From: Oceanispirochaeta sp.
GTDB taxonomy: Bacteria > Spirochaetota > Spirochaetia > DSM-2461
Direction of reading: 5' to 3'
Length of the DNA: 64,000 nt
Assembly: GCA_963666275.2 (NCBI GenBank)
Contig: CAXXOA010000001.1
Span: forward strand, 672,001 to 736,000
Shown here: positions 8,470 through 18,416 of the stretch, piece after piece
Numbering within the stretch: the first letter of the stretch is position 1
How the letters are laid out: each line of letters opens with the position of its first letter
The notes under the pieces: model-generated
Database searches by the model: none
The model's input: the letters and a program-made list of their open reading frames with translations, nothing else
What the model was told of the DNA's origin: nothing
Position numbers and translations under genes: made by a program

Positions 8470-9498
8470 ATGAAAAAGTTTATAAGTCTTCTGATGTTCA
8501 TGACTATTGCGTTCTCTCTCGCTGCGGCGGGAGGACAGGAAGGTTCTTCTGCTGAATACCCGAAGGGAGCCATTACCATGGTTGTCCCCTACGGAGCGGG
8601 CGGTACCACTGATACCACAGGACGGAAGTTCGCCGTTGCACTGCAGAAGCAGCTGGGAGTTCCCGTCACGGTTCAGAATGTCTCCGGAGCTTCCGGTTCC
8701 GTAGGCGCCAAAGCTGTTCTTGATGCCAGACCCGATGGTTACACCATCCATTACACAGCCGACTCTCTGGGTACACAGCAGGTTATGGGAATCAGCGACA
8801 TGAGTTACGATAATTTTACTCCCATTATGGCTGTTGTGAATGATCCCAAAGTCATTGTTGTTAAAGGCGACTCCAAGTATCAGACTCTGGAAGACCTTCT
8901 GAATGACATGAAAGCCAATCCCGGAAAAGTGAAAATGTCCTACACGGGACCCGGCGGATCCGGTCATGTTCAGGCTCTGATTTTTGAAGAACAGGGTTAT
9001 GATATGGCCCTGACAGCCTATTCGGGAGGCGGAGACTGTATCATTGCTGTACTGGGTGACCAGGTGGATTTCACCAACTCCAACTTCTCTACAATCGGAA
9101 AGTACCTGGAAAGCGGTGACCTGAGGCTCCTGGGGATTTCCGCAATGGACAGACTCCCCGGCTATCCCGATGTACCCACCCTTGCGGATGTGGATCCCTC
9201 TTTTGCCGACTATCTATCCATTCCTTTTACCCCCCTGTCTCTGGTTGTTTCCAATGAGGTGGACCCCGCTGTGGTGGATGTCCTGCGCAAAGCCTCTCTG
9301 GAAGCTGTGAAAGATCCGGAATGGCTTGCTTTTGTCAAAGAGAAAAACCTGGACGAACTGTACAAAAAATATCCTGAAACTGATGATATCCTCAATTTCT
9401 ATGATGAATGGCAGTCCATCGTAACCTACCTTCTGTTTGATGCGGGCGCTACCAAACACGATCCCGCTGAATTCGGAATCGAAAGACTCAGTAAATAA
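8470..9498 (+). CDS. tctC: Tripartite tricarboxylate transporter substrate-binding protein (TctC/Bug)
   Basis: Signal peptide, YPKGAITMVVPYGAGGTTD, NVSGASGSVG, PDGYT. Confidence 0.92.
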   Translation: MKKFISLLMFMTIAFSLAAAGGQEGSSAEYPKGAITMVVPYGAGGTTDTTGRKFAVALQKQLGVPVTVQNVSGASGSVGAKAVLDARPDGYTIHYTADSLGTQQVMGISDMSYDNFTPIMAVVNDPKVIVVKGDSKYQTLEDLLNDMKANPGKVKMSYTGPGGSGHVQALIFEEQGYDMALTAYSGGGDCIIAVLGDQVDFTNSNFSTIGKYLESGDLRLLGISAMDRLPGYPDVPTLADVDPSFADYLSIPFTPLSLVVSNEVDPAVVDVLRKASLEAVKDPEWLAFVKEKNLDELYKKYPETDDILNFYDEWQSIVTYLLFDAGATKHDPAEFGIERLSK

Positions 9499-9500
9499 TC

Positions 9501-9974
9501 GTGGCAAAGCTGTTTCTCTCTATTCGCAGAAACAGACACGGGTATGAATCTGTAGTATTCGGTACACTGGGAGTTCTTCTCCTGGTGTACTCGCTGTACT
9601 CTCACAGCCAGGTGGATACTCCCTGGAAGCTTTCTCCCTATCTGTTTCCCGTTTTTATAGCAGTCCTTCTTGTTCTGGTCGCCATCTCTCTATTCCTTCA
9701 GGGCAGAGCTCCTTCAGAGAAGAAGAGGGAACCTCAGGACAGAAAACTCCCTCACCGGGTGGCAGGCTTTATGGGACTGGTTCTTGTTTATTACGTTCTG
9801 CTACCGCTGCTGGGGTTTCTCATCACAGATACGCTGATGCTGACACTTTTTATGCTCTATCTGGGAGTTCGTCCCTGGTGGAAGTCACTGATCCTTTCGG
9901 CAGTACTGACCGGAATTATATACGTGGTATTTCAGGTGCTTCTTAATGTGCGCCTGCCACAGGGGTTTTTCTGA
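9501..9974 (+). CDS. tctB: Tripartite tricarboxylate transporter small membrane subunit
   Basis: Hydrophobic helices, SPYLFP, LGF, VFQVLLNVRLPQG; lies between tctC and tctA. Confidence 0.88.
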   Translation: MAKLFLSIRRNRHGYESVVFGTLGVLLLVYSLYSHSQVDTPWKLSPYLFPVFIAVLLVLVAISLFLQGRAPSEKKREPQDRKLPHRVAGFMGLVLVYYVLLPLLGFLITDTLMLTLFMLYLGVRPWWKSLILSAVLTGIIYVVFQVLLNVRLPQGFF

Positions 9975-11461
9975 TGGAAATGATTCATATTCTTGCCTAT
10001 CTAACGGATATCCGGTTTATCCTCTTTGTTCTGATGGGGGCTGTGTCCGGAATGTTCGTGGGCTCCATTCCGGGACTTTCCGTCACAATGGCCACGGCAA
10101 TCCTTGTTTCCATCACCTATACCTGGGCCACAAGCGATGCCCTGGGGCTTATCATGGGGCTCTACGTGGTGGGAGTTTTCAGCGGAGCCCTTTCGGCAAT
10201 TCTTATCAACATTCCCGGAGCGCCCTCCTCTGTGGTAACTACCTTTGACGGCCATCCCATGGCCCGGAAAGGGGAGGCCCACAAGGGCTTGAGGATCGCC
10301 ACATTCTATTCCTTCGTAGGAAGCGTTTTCGGCCTTCTCATGCTTTTTCTCCTGGGACGCCCCATAAGCCATCTGGCCATTAAATTCCAGCCCATGGACT
10401 ACTTCCTTCTGGCGGCCTTCGGTCTTTCAGCCGTAGGATCCCTGACAGGGGAGTCCTTCTCAAAAGGGATGATCAGCGTTCTGGCAGGGCTTTTTCTGTC
10501 TCTCATCGGTCTGGATTCGGTCATGGGCACCCCCAGGTTGACCATGGGAATCTGGAACCTCCAGGCAGGGGTCCCCATTGTGCCCGCCCTGGTGGGGCTT
10601 TTCGGTTTTTCCGAAGTGCTGATTGTAATCTCCGAAGGGAATGTACACTCCCAGATTTCGGAAGTCAAAAAAATGACCATAAAGTTCCGGGATCTGACAA
10701 AGCATTTTGTCCACTCCCTCTACTACAGTACTATAGGAACCCTCGTGGGCGCTCTTCCCGGAGCGGGAGGCCCCGTAGCCTCGTTCCTGGCCTATTCGGA
10801 AGCAAAGAGGCTTGTGAAAAATCCGCCCGTACCCTTCGGCGAAGGAGCGGAAGAGGGAATCGTTGCCTCTGAATCCTCCAATAACGCCTGTATCGGCGGG
10901 GCTCTCATTCCCATGCTGACCCTGGCTATTCCCGGCGATGCGGTGACCGCCATTATCCTGTCGGTCTTCTATGTCCACGGCCTCCAGCCGGGACCCATGT
11001 TTATTCAGACCCAGCCGGAGTTCTTCTCTGTTATCCTGGCGGGAGGATTCCTTGGATGTCTCGCCCTGCTGCTTCTGGGACTCTTTGTGGCTCCCCATAT
11101 GGCCCGGGTCCTGACGGTCCCCAAAAACATTCTGCTCCCGGCCATCACAGTGCTCTGCGTGATCGGCGCTTATGCCTACAACACCAGAATGTTCGATGTG
11201 CTTCTGATGATGCTCTTCGGAGTGCTCGGTTATTTCATGAGGAAACACGGCTATTCGGTGGCGCCGCTGACTCTGGCTCTGGTGCTGGGAAAAATGATGG
11301 ATGACAACTTCCGCCGGGCTGTTTCTCTGGCCATCTCGGAAGACAACATGATGGTTGCCCTTTTCGGCCGGCCCATTACCATGGTTCTGCTGGTTCTGAC
11401 AGTTATTACAGTTCTTATGAACTTTCCCTTCTGGAGGCTGAAGAAGAAGCGTAAAGGGTAG
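9974..11461 (+). CDS. tctA: Tripartite tricarboxylate transporter large membrane subunit
   Basis: GSIPGLSVTMA, ILINIPGAPSSVVTTFDGHPMA, ESSNNA, PMLTLAIPGD. Confidence 0.95.
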   Translation: MEMIHILAYLTDIRFILFVLMGAVSGMFVGSIPGLSVTMATAILVSITYTWATSDALGLIMGLYVVGVFSGALSAILINIPGAPSSVVTTFDGHPMARKGEAHKGLRIATFYSFVGSVFGLLMLFLLGRPISHLAIKFQPMDYFLLAAFGLSAVGSLTGESFSKGMISVLAGLFLSLIGLDSVMGTPRLTMGIWNLQAGVPIVPALVGLFGFSEVLIVISEGNVHSQISEVKKMTIKFRDLTKHFVHSLYYSTIGTLVGALPGAGGPVASFLAYSEAKRLVKNPPVPFGEGAEEGIVASESSNNACIGGALIPMLTLAIPGDAVTAIILSVFYVHGLQPGPMFIQTQPEFFSVILAGGFLGCLALLLLGLFVAPHMARVLTVPKNILLPAITVLCVIGAYAYNTRMFDVLLMMLFGVLGYFMRKHGYSVAPLTLALVLGKMMDDNFRRAVSLAISEDNMMVALFGRPITMVLLVLTVITVLMNFPFWRLKKKRKG

Positions 11462-11499
11462 AGCCTTTTCTATCTGGAAACCATAGTCAGATATCCCCA

Positions 11500-11525
11500 C
11501 CCTCCTGTCAAAAAGGACAGGAGGG
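11500..11525. terminator. Hairpin between convergent genes
   Basis: ccctcctgtc / gacaggaggg perfect 10-bp stem; no clear U-tract. Confidence 0.5.
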
Positions 11526-11549
11526 AGAGATCTGATTGCGGGGAACTCC

Positions 11550-11879
11550 CTATTTTTTCTTCCTGGATTTCTCCTGTTCTTTAATAGTCGTCTTCAGCAG
11601 ACCATTATAGGAAATTTTGGCCAGCAGGTAGCGAAGTTTTGTAAAAGGATTCCGGGATCTTTTGATAATGATTTCCACGCTGGTGATATTCATTTTCAGA
11701 ATGTTTTTCTGAACATTGGCTTTCAGCTTTTTAAAGGCTTTGCTTCCGGGGGCCTGACCGGACTGCAGGAAGTCTGTCAGATCCTTTCTGTCCTTTCCGG
11801 ACATCAGTTTCAGAATCTGTTTCAGCTGCTGTTCCTGCCGGGACATGATCTCTTTCTGTACTTCAGGTTTTAATTTCAA
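11550..11879 (-). CDS. Hypothetical basic (Lys-rich) protein
   Basis: 109-aa ORF, TTG start after AAGGGAGAG; no family recognised. Confidence 0.6.
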   Translation of the reverse strand: MKLKPEVQKEIMSRQEQQLKQILKLMSGKDRKDLTDFLQSGQAPGSKAFKKLKANVQKNILKMNITSVEIIIKRSRNPFTKLRYLLAKISYNGLLKTTIKEQEKSRKKK

Positions 11880-12094
11880 CTTTTCTCTCCCTTAAGTTTT
11901 TACATCTTTTTCAAGCTGGGATTTTATATCATAAACCGGCGAAGGAAAAGGTTTTTATTTCCGACTTCAGCGGGAAAAAGAGGAGTTTTGAGATGCTCTA
12001 TTGGGTTTTGAAGTAATAAAACCCGGAAAGAAAAGAATTGTGAGATCCCGGTTTATCGCTTAATTTTATATATATAATGTCCTTGAAAAAGTAA

Positions 12095-13849
12095 TTGATC
12101 ATGATAAAAAAAGTCAGAACGCTCCTTATATTCTTTTTATTTACTCTCTCTCTTGCGGCCGAACAGAAAAATATTTTTTTCCTTCATACCTATCCGGATA
12201 TTTTTCCCTGGACTGAAAATCTGAATGAAGGTATTGAAGAGAGTCTGAAAGAACTGGAGGACTGGGCACTTTTTACCGAGAGCCTGGATTATCCCCTTCT
12301 GGGAAGTTCCATGAATGAAGAGGCCTGGAGGGATTTTGTTTCCCAGAAGTACAAGTCTATTGAATTTGATGTGGTCATGGCCGAATCGGATCCGGCATGC
12401 CGGATTATATCAGAGTACGGTAAAGAACTTTTCGGGGACATTCCCAAAATCCTTTTTACAAGTGCCCCCATGGAACATGGCCCGGATGTGTACAACCTGA
12501 TCGATCAGCTGGATGATGCTGTCAGGGATACATTTGACATGGCCATGCAGCAGAATCCTGACAGCCGTGAGATCCTGGTTATTTCAAATAACAGTGAATA
12601 CCCGAATCAGATGAAAATCCTTTTGAATGCCATCGAAAAAACATCCCTCCCTCTGAGGATCCTTTCTGATTTTTCCCTGGAAGATTTGATATCCATTCTC
12701 GAATCGCTGGAGGGAGATGAGGTTCTGTTCTACTTTCCCGTATTTTCAGATAACAGTGGAGAATCTTTTGTTCCCCGACTTGTCCTTGCTGAGATTTCCG
12801 GCCTCAGTCCCAGCCCCATATACACATTCTGGGGGTCTCTTATGAATACCGGAAGTGCCGGAGGAGTCGTCGTTGACGGTAGAAAAATTTCCATTGAGAT
12901 GTTCCGGGCTGCAGAGGATTATCTGAGGACAGGATTATTCAGCAACGATTACAGTACCAACCAGGCCTATATGGACTGGAAAGCCATAAAAAACTTTCGC
13001 CTTGATATGCAGAAGACCTCAGGTGATATTGTATATCTCAATAAACCGCCGCCACTTTTCAAAGCCTATTTTTTACCGATTATGGCAACTTCCACCCTTC
13101 TTCTGCTTCTGTTTCTCCTGATCTCTCTTCTGGCTGTCTATAAAACCTCCCGGGCAAACAGGGCTCTCAAAGAGGTCATGCTTCTGGAACAGGAAAAAAA
13201 CTGGCTGGAGGAAGTCGGGAAAATGGCGGCTCTCATGGCCCATAAGATGAACAATCAGCTCTCCGGGGCCTACGGTTTTCTTCAACTGGCCCAGAATAAA
13301 ACTACCGGCGACAGGGATTTGCAGGACCTCTGGGACAGAATCATGTTATCCCTGGAAAATACCCGACAGACAGCCAATCAGTTCATCTCTTTCTCTCCGG
13401 GAGGAGAGCCCCGAAAGCAGGAGACTGTTCTGGATGACTTTCTGGGCTCATTTCTGACAAAGCAGAAGGATGGGGCAAATCTTAAACTGTCAATTCATAG
13501 AAGAGTGAAACATACAAAGATTACCCTGGATCCCATTCAGATCGAAAACGCCCTTCAGTATATACTGGATTATTGTTTAAAAAGGAAAAAGGAGAACACA
13601 CCTGTTTCTGTTTCTCTGGAAAAGGATCCCGGTCAGACAGTCCGGATAAATCTCTCTTTTTTATCAGAAGAAATGCTTCCTGTCGAAGATCAGGGCATTT
13701 TCGATTTGCTGGGAGATATAACCCGGGATATTTCCGATTTTTATCTGACCATAAGCCGTTCGGTTGTTTTGAAACATAAAGGGACCCTGGAGTTTCTTAA
13801 AAAAAATCCCGACCTCTATACCTTCAGGATTTCTCTCCCTTCCGGGTAA
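12095..13849 (+). CDS. Membrane sensor with periplasmic ABC-binding-like domain and a degenerate histidine kinase module
   Basis: Signal peptide, TM helix, H-box AHKMNNQL; ATP-binding N/G boxes not recognisable. Confidence 0.75.
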   Translation: MIMIKKVRTLLIFFLFTLSLAAEQKNIFFLHTYPDIFPWTENLNEGIEESLKELEDWALFTESLDYPLLGSSMNEEAWRDFVSQKYKSIEFDVVMAESDPACRIISEYGKELFGDIPKILFTSAPMEHGPDVYNLIDQLDDAVRDTFDMAMQQNPDSREILVISNNSEYPNQMKILLNAIEKTSLPLRILSDFSLEDLISILESLEGDEVLFYFPVFSDNSGESFVPRLVLAEISGLSPSPIYTFWGSLMNTGSAGGVVVDGRKISIEMFRAAEDYLRTGLFSNDYSTNQAYMDWKAIKNFRLDMQKTSGDIVYLNKPPPLFKAYFLPIMATSTLLLLLFLLISLLAVYKTSRANRALKEVMLLEQEKNWLEEVGKMAALMAHKMNNQLSGAYGFLQLAQNKTTGDRDLQDLWDRIMLSLENTRQTANQFISFSPGGEPRKQETVLDDFLGSFLTKQKDGANLKLSIHRRVKHTKITLDPIQIENALQYILDYCLKRKKENTPVSVSLEKDPGQTVRINLSFLSEEMLPVEDQGIFDLLGDITRDISDFYLTISRSVVLKHKGTLEFLKKNPDLYTFRISLPSG

Positions 13850-13927
13850 AGCCCCAGGTGGAGTCCCAGGCCGGAGCAGGAGTGAACTGATTCCTCCTGT
13901 TCTTCTTCCGGCAGAGACACCCCGGTC

Positions 13928-14896
13928 TCAGTTTACCGGTGTTTTAGCCTTTCCCGTTTCCAGAATGCTTTTCAGGTTTTCAGCGGCCAGCATGGCCATC
14001 TGCGTCCTGGTCTGAATGGTCGCCGATCCGATATGGGGAGTCAGCACAACATTATTCATTTCAAGCAGCGGATTGTCCGTTCCTACAGGTTCCGTTTCAA
14101 ATACATCCAGGCCGGCACCGGCGATCTGTCCCTCTTTCAGAGCTTCGATCAGGGCCTTTTCATCTATAGTCCGGCCCCGGGAGGCATTGATCAGAAATGC
14201 CGTCTCTTTCATGAGGGAAAACTCTTTCCTGCCTATCATTCCCCGGGTTTCTTCCGTCAGAGGAGTGAGCAGAACTATAAAATCCGATTCCTTCAGCAGA
14301 GTTGCCAGATCTGCATATACCGCACCCCACCTCATTTCAGCGTCAGGTTTTCTGCTTCTGTTATGATAGAGCAGATTCATGGAAAATCCTTCCGAGGCTC
14401 TGCGGGCAACGGCATTTCCGATATTTCCCATTCCTATGATTCCCAGGGTTTTATGGTGAACATCCAGGCCGAAAAGACCATTCAGGTTGGCAGTCGACCA
14501 TTTGCCGTTACGGATATCTCTGTCCAGTTCCGCCACCCGCCGGGAAGCACTGAGCATCAGTCCCAGGACCAGATCGGCTACGGTTTCATCCAGAATCCCC
14601 GGTGTATTGGTGACTATGACATTCCGTCTGGCTGCTTCGGCTGTATCGACACGGTCATACCCCACAGAAACATTGCAGACCGCTTTCAGTGAGGGGGCTG
14701 CGTCAAAAAACTCCCTGTCAACATACGTTCCCATCACCATAACTCCGTCTTTGTCTTTCAGTTTTTCAAGTAGTTCATTCCGGGGGATCCTGGCTGCATC
14801 GCAGTATTCACAGAAGCAGAAGCTTTCCAGAAACTCTTTGACCCTATCCGCAATCTCAACCCCAACAAGTATTTTGAAATCTTTCATATCTGCCAC
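13928..14896 (-). CDS. D-isomer-specific 2-hydroxyacid dehydrogenase (glyoxylate/hydroxypyruvate or 2-ketogluconate reductase)
   Basis: VGYD, TNTPG, GIIGMGNIG, INASRG, LDVFETEP, PHIGSAT. Confidence 0.93.
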   Translation of the reverse strand: MADMKDFKILVGVEIADRVKEFLESFCFCEYCDAARIPRNELLEKLKDKDGVMVMGTYVDREFFDAAPSLKAVCNVSVGYDRVDTAEAARRNVIVTNTPGILDETVADLVLGLMLSASRRVAELDRDIRNGKWSTANLNGLFGLDVHHKTLGIIGMGNIGNAVARRASEGFSMNLLYHNRSRKPDAEMRWGAVYADLATLLKESDFIVLLTPLTEETRGMIGRKEFSLMKETAFLINASRGRTIDEKALIEALKEGQIAGAGLDVFETEPVGTDNPLLEMNNVVLTPHIGSATIQTRTQMAMLAAENLKSILETGKAKTPVN

Positions 14897-15086
14897 CTCT
14901 CTCAGGGGATTCTACTGTTCCCGGAAAGGGAAATCAATTCCCTTTAACCATACTTTCTCCCCCTAAATGGTAATCTCAGAAAGATCAGACAGGACCTCTT
15001 TCCATCTTTTTATGGTAATTCCGCATAATCCCATTTAATATTGAAAGTATTATTGATGAGACAATTAAGGAGCTGTCCACACCCCT

Positions 15087-17006
15087 ATGAAACTCAGTGA
15101 TTTACATATTCATCACATACGATACAAACTTCTGATTTTCTATTGGCTCCTGACTGTTGTTATCCTGATCGGTTACAGCATTTCCATCTTTTTCTCCATA
15201 AAACAGTCCATACTTGATACAGCCAATGACACACTGGCCATGCAGATGGATCTGATCAAGACAAGTATTGAAACCAGTTACGAAGCTTCGATCAAAGGCT
15301 TCTACAGAGCCACAGCCTACACGTCAATGGATGTGGTAAAGTCCTGCTATGAAAAATCCCGCACAGGAGAGCTCTCTGTTGCCCAGGCTCAGGATCTGGC
15401 CTGGAGCCTCCTGAAAGGGACCGGCCTGGGGCCTTCGGGCTACATTGCCATACTGAACAGCAAAGGGATCCTGGTATATCATCGCTATGAGGAATACCAG
15501 GGAAATGATGTGAGCGGAACACAGCTGACCCAGGCTGTCATTGCAGGAAATGAAACGTTTATTGAATATGACTGGCTCAATCCGGGAGATGAAAATCCCA
15601 GGGAAAAGCTCCTTTACAGCCTCTACTTTGAGCCCTGGGACTGGTATCTCAGTATCACAGGGTACAAAGATGAGCTGAAGCAGCTTGTAACTCTATCGGA
15701 CTTCGAAGATAAGATCCTGTCCATCCAATTCGGCGAGACCGGATATCCCATTGTGGTGGATATGGAGGGAACCCTTCTGATTCACCCTGCTTACAAGGGG
15801 ATCAATATGATGGACAGGGATGACAGCATGGGGGAAATTGTCCGGAAGTCCCTTGAGTTGAGAAACGGAAAAAGTGAGTATCTCTGGAAAAATCCCGGTG
15901 AGAATTCCTATAGAAAAAAACTTACCTTTTTCTCTGAGATTCCCCAGTTCAGTATTATTGTGGCTGTTACCATTTATGAGTCGGAGATCCTGGAGCCTCT
16001 GGACAACATTAGAATCATCTTTTATCTGGTCAGCATCCTCTCTTTTCTGGCAACCGGGATTGTTACTGTTTTTATTAGCAAGTCCATAACCAAGCCTATT
16101 GTGGAACTGAAACAAAAGATGAACACCGCCGCGTCGGGAGACCTTTCCATCCGGTCACAGATCCTCTCCCGTGATGAGGTAGGCGAGATAGGACTCCATT
16201 TCAATGCTCTCATATCGGCTCTCCAGCAGAACCGGGCAGAGCTGGATATGACACAGAAAAAGCTGATCCGTGAGGAGAGATTTTCCAATGTGGGACGCCT
16301 GCTGGCACGGATCTCCCATCATCTCAATACGCCCCTGGGCAATGCGCTTATGACAGGATCCTATCTGGAAGAGGAGCTGAAAACCTGTGAGATGATCATG
16401 GAAAAGGGAAGTCCGGGGAATTCTGAACTTCAGGGGCATTTCAGCAGGATCAGCGAAGCTTCCAGTCTGATGAAGAAGTCTATCGACAAGTCTGTAGATA
16501 TTGTCAGGAATTTCAAGCTTCTCCAGTATGATGCGGCAGAAAGGGTTCCTGTCAGATCGGATATAAAAGAGTTTCTGGCAGTGCATTTCAGATCAACCTG
16601 GCTGAACCTCCTCGAAGGGGATTTTTCCATCACCATCGAATGCCCCGATAAGCTGGAGCTCTGTACGGACTATTCCCTTCTGCGTCTTGTTCTGGATAAG
16701 CTGGCTTCCAATTCTCAGGTTCATGGATTCAAAGGCCGTACTGAGGGGGAGATCTCTATTCAGATCCGTCCGGAAGGGATGGGCGTCAGAATCCTGTATT
16801 CGGACAATGGTGACGGAATCCCCGCAAAAATGGCCGACCGTGTTTTTGAACCTTTTTTCAGTCTGGATGAGAATTTCAACAACACAGGTCTCGGTCTGAA
16901 TATCCTCTATACAGTTGTTACAACAGCTCTGGAAGGGACAATCCAGTATGTGGGAGATATCTCCGGCTGCTGTTACAGTCTTTTCCTTCCGGATCTTCGG
17001 GAATAG
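15087..17006 (+). CDS. Cache-HAMP sensor histidine kinase
   Basis: Two Cache-like segments (YDWLNPG, YLWKNPG), HAMP (SRDEVGEIG), SHHLNTPL, DNGDGIP, GLGL. Confidence 0.92.
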   Translation: MKLSDLHIHHIRYKLLIFYWLLTVVILIGYSISIFFSIKQSILDTANDTLAMQMDLIKTSIETSYEASIKGFYRATAYTSMDVVKSCYEKSRTGELSVAQAQDLAWSLLKGTGLGPSGYIAILNSKGILVYHRYEEYQGNDVSGTQLTQAVIAGNETFIEYDWLNPGDENPREKLLYSLYFEPWDWYLSITGYKDELKQLVTLSDFEDKILSIQFGETGYPIVVDMEGTLLIHPAYKGINMMDRDDSMGEIVRKSLELRNGKSEYLWKNPGENSYRKKLTFFSEIPQFSIIVAVTIYESEILEPLDNIRIIFYLVSILSFLATGIVTVFISKSITKPIVELKQKMNTAASGDLSIRSQILSRDEVGEIGLHFNALISALQQNRAELDMTQKKLIREERFSNVGRLLARISHHLNTPLGNALMTGSYLEEELKTCEMIMEKGSPGNSELQGHFSRISEASSLMKKSIDKSVDIVRNFKLLQYDAAERVPVRSDIKEFLAVHFRSTWLNLLEGDFSITIECPDKLELCTDYSLLRLVLDKLASNSQVHGFKGRTEGEISIQIRPEGMGVRILYSDNGDGIPAKMADRVFEPFFSLDENFNNTGLGLNILYTVVTTALEGTIQYVGDISGCCYSLFLPDLRE

Positions 17007-17042
17007 TACCTTATAGACACAACATATAACCGGGAGGACGGG

Positions 17043-18314
17043 ATGATAACAAAAGATCAGAAAGCCAGTTACCGGGGGTTCTTATGGCACGGGGTGTTCC
17101 TTGCCCTGACTGTCACTTTTACCGAAGTGAACACAGTACTCCCCGCTATGGTCATCCAGGTGGGTGGCTCGGAAATCCATATCGGGATAATCACAGCCAT
17201 TATGATGGGATTCCCTCTGATTTCCCAGCTGCTTTTTGCCCCTTTCGTTCAGTCCGCCAACAGGAAAAAGCCCTTTCTGATAGGCGGGCTCTATGCCAGG
17301 ATGATCTCTCTCTTCGGGATAGGCCTGCTTCTCGGTTATACAGGATCCCTGTCAGCTGTTACCGTTCTGGCTTTCATCTATCTCGGTTTGACAGTATTTA
17401 CCCTGTCGGGAGCATTTGCCGGAATCAGCTATGTTTCATTGATCGGTCTATCCATTCCGGACAGCCTCAGAAAGCAGTTCTTTCTGAGGAAACAGGTTTT
17501 CTGGAGCCTGGGTGTGTTCTGTTCGGGGCTCCTGACCCGCTATGTCCTAACCGGCCTGGAGGGGGCTTTACGGTACCGGGTCCTCTTTTTTCTGGCCTCC
17601 CTGATGCTGGCCGCCGGATCCATAGGTTTCTGGATGATCCGGGAACCCCGGGTGATCGGAACAGACCGCCCGCAGGAATCTCTTGCTGTGATTCTCAAAT
17701 CCATAGGAGGTATTCTCAGAGAGGACAGGACCTTCAGACACTACTGCGTCGCCGTCAACCTCCTGACCCTTTCCATTGCGGTCATTCCCTTTTACGTTCC
17801 TGCTCTGATCAGGCATTTTTCTCTGAATTCGGATTTTATAGGGACCATCGTACTGCTGCAGATGGGAGGAATGGTCCTCTCGAATCTTCTCTGGCCCGGA
17901 ATCATAGAACCCCTGGGCTTCAAAGGACTATTGAAAATCCAGGCTGCCGGAAGTTTTCTCATCCCCCTTTTTCTGGCTGTTTCTCTGTTCCTTTCCCAGG
18001 GAAGGTGGATTCTCTACTGTGTTTTTCCGATGGAGGGAGCCCTGGCGGGAGCGCATAAAATGTCGGGAGAAGCGGTTCTTGTACAGATCAGTCACAAAGA
18101 GAAAAGGCCTCTTTATTCGGGCATCTACGGGGCCCTGAATCTGGCCAGTGCCCTGGCGCCTCTCCTTCTGGGAGTTCTGCTTAAAAAGATCTCCTTCCCG
18201 GTACTTTTTCCGGCGGTGGGATTGCTCTCTCTGCTCTCTTTTCCTTTTATCTCCTCCATGGTCTGTCCGGTGGATACGGAAAGGGCCAGACGTGATATGA
18301 TAGGAAACCGCTGA
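17043..18314 (+). CDS. MFS transporter
   Basis: About 12 hydrophobic segments, two-fold MFS architecture. Confidence 0.85.
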   Translation: MITKDQKASYRGFLWHGVFLALTVTFTEVNTVLPAMVIQVGGSEIHIGIITAIMMGFPLISQLLFAPFVQSANRKKPFLIGGLYARMISLFGIGLLLGYTGSLSAVTVLAFIYLGLTVFTLSGAFAGISYVSLIGLSIPDSLRKQFFLRKQVFWSLGVFCSGLLTRYVLTGLEGALRYRVLFFLASLMLAAGSIGFWMIREPRVIGTDRPQESLAVILKSIGGILREDRTFRHYCVAVNLLTLSIAVIPFYVPALIRHFSLNSDFIGTIVLLQMGGMVLSNLLWPGIIEPLGFKGLLKIQAAGSFLIPLFLAVSLFLSQGRWILYCVFPMEGALAGAHKMSGEAVLVQISHKEKRPLYSGIYGALNLASALAPLLLGVLLKKISFPVLFPAVGLLSLLSFPFISSMVCPVDTERARRDMIGNR

Positions 18315-18416
18315 GGAAAACTCTCTGAAAATACTATTTGCCATGTTTATTATTATCTATTAAACTTACTCAGCGGAACAAACTGATTTGTCTGTGTAAA
18401 ATTATCGGAAGTGTAA

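Noticed and set aside
17084..18058. 324-aa alternate-frame ORF inside the MFS gene
   Set aside because: Same-strand off-frame ORF with unnatural composition
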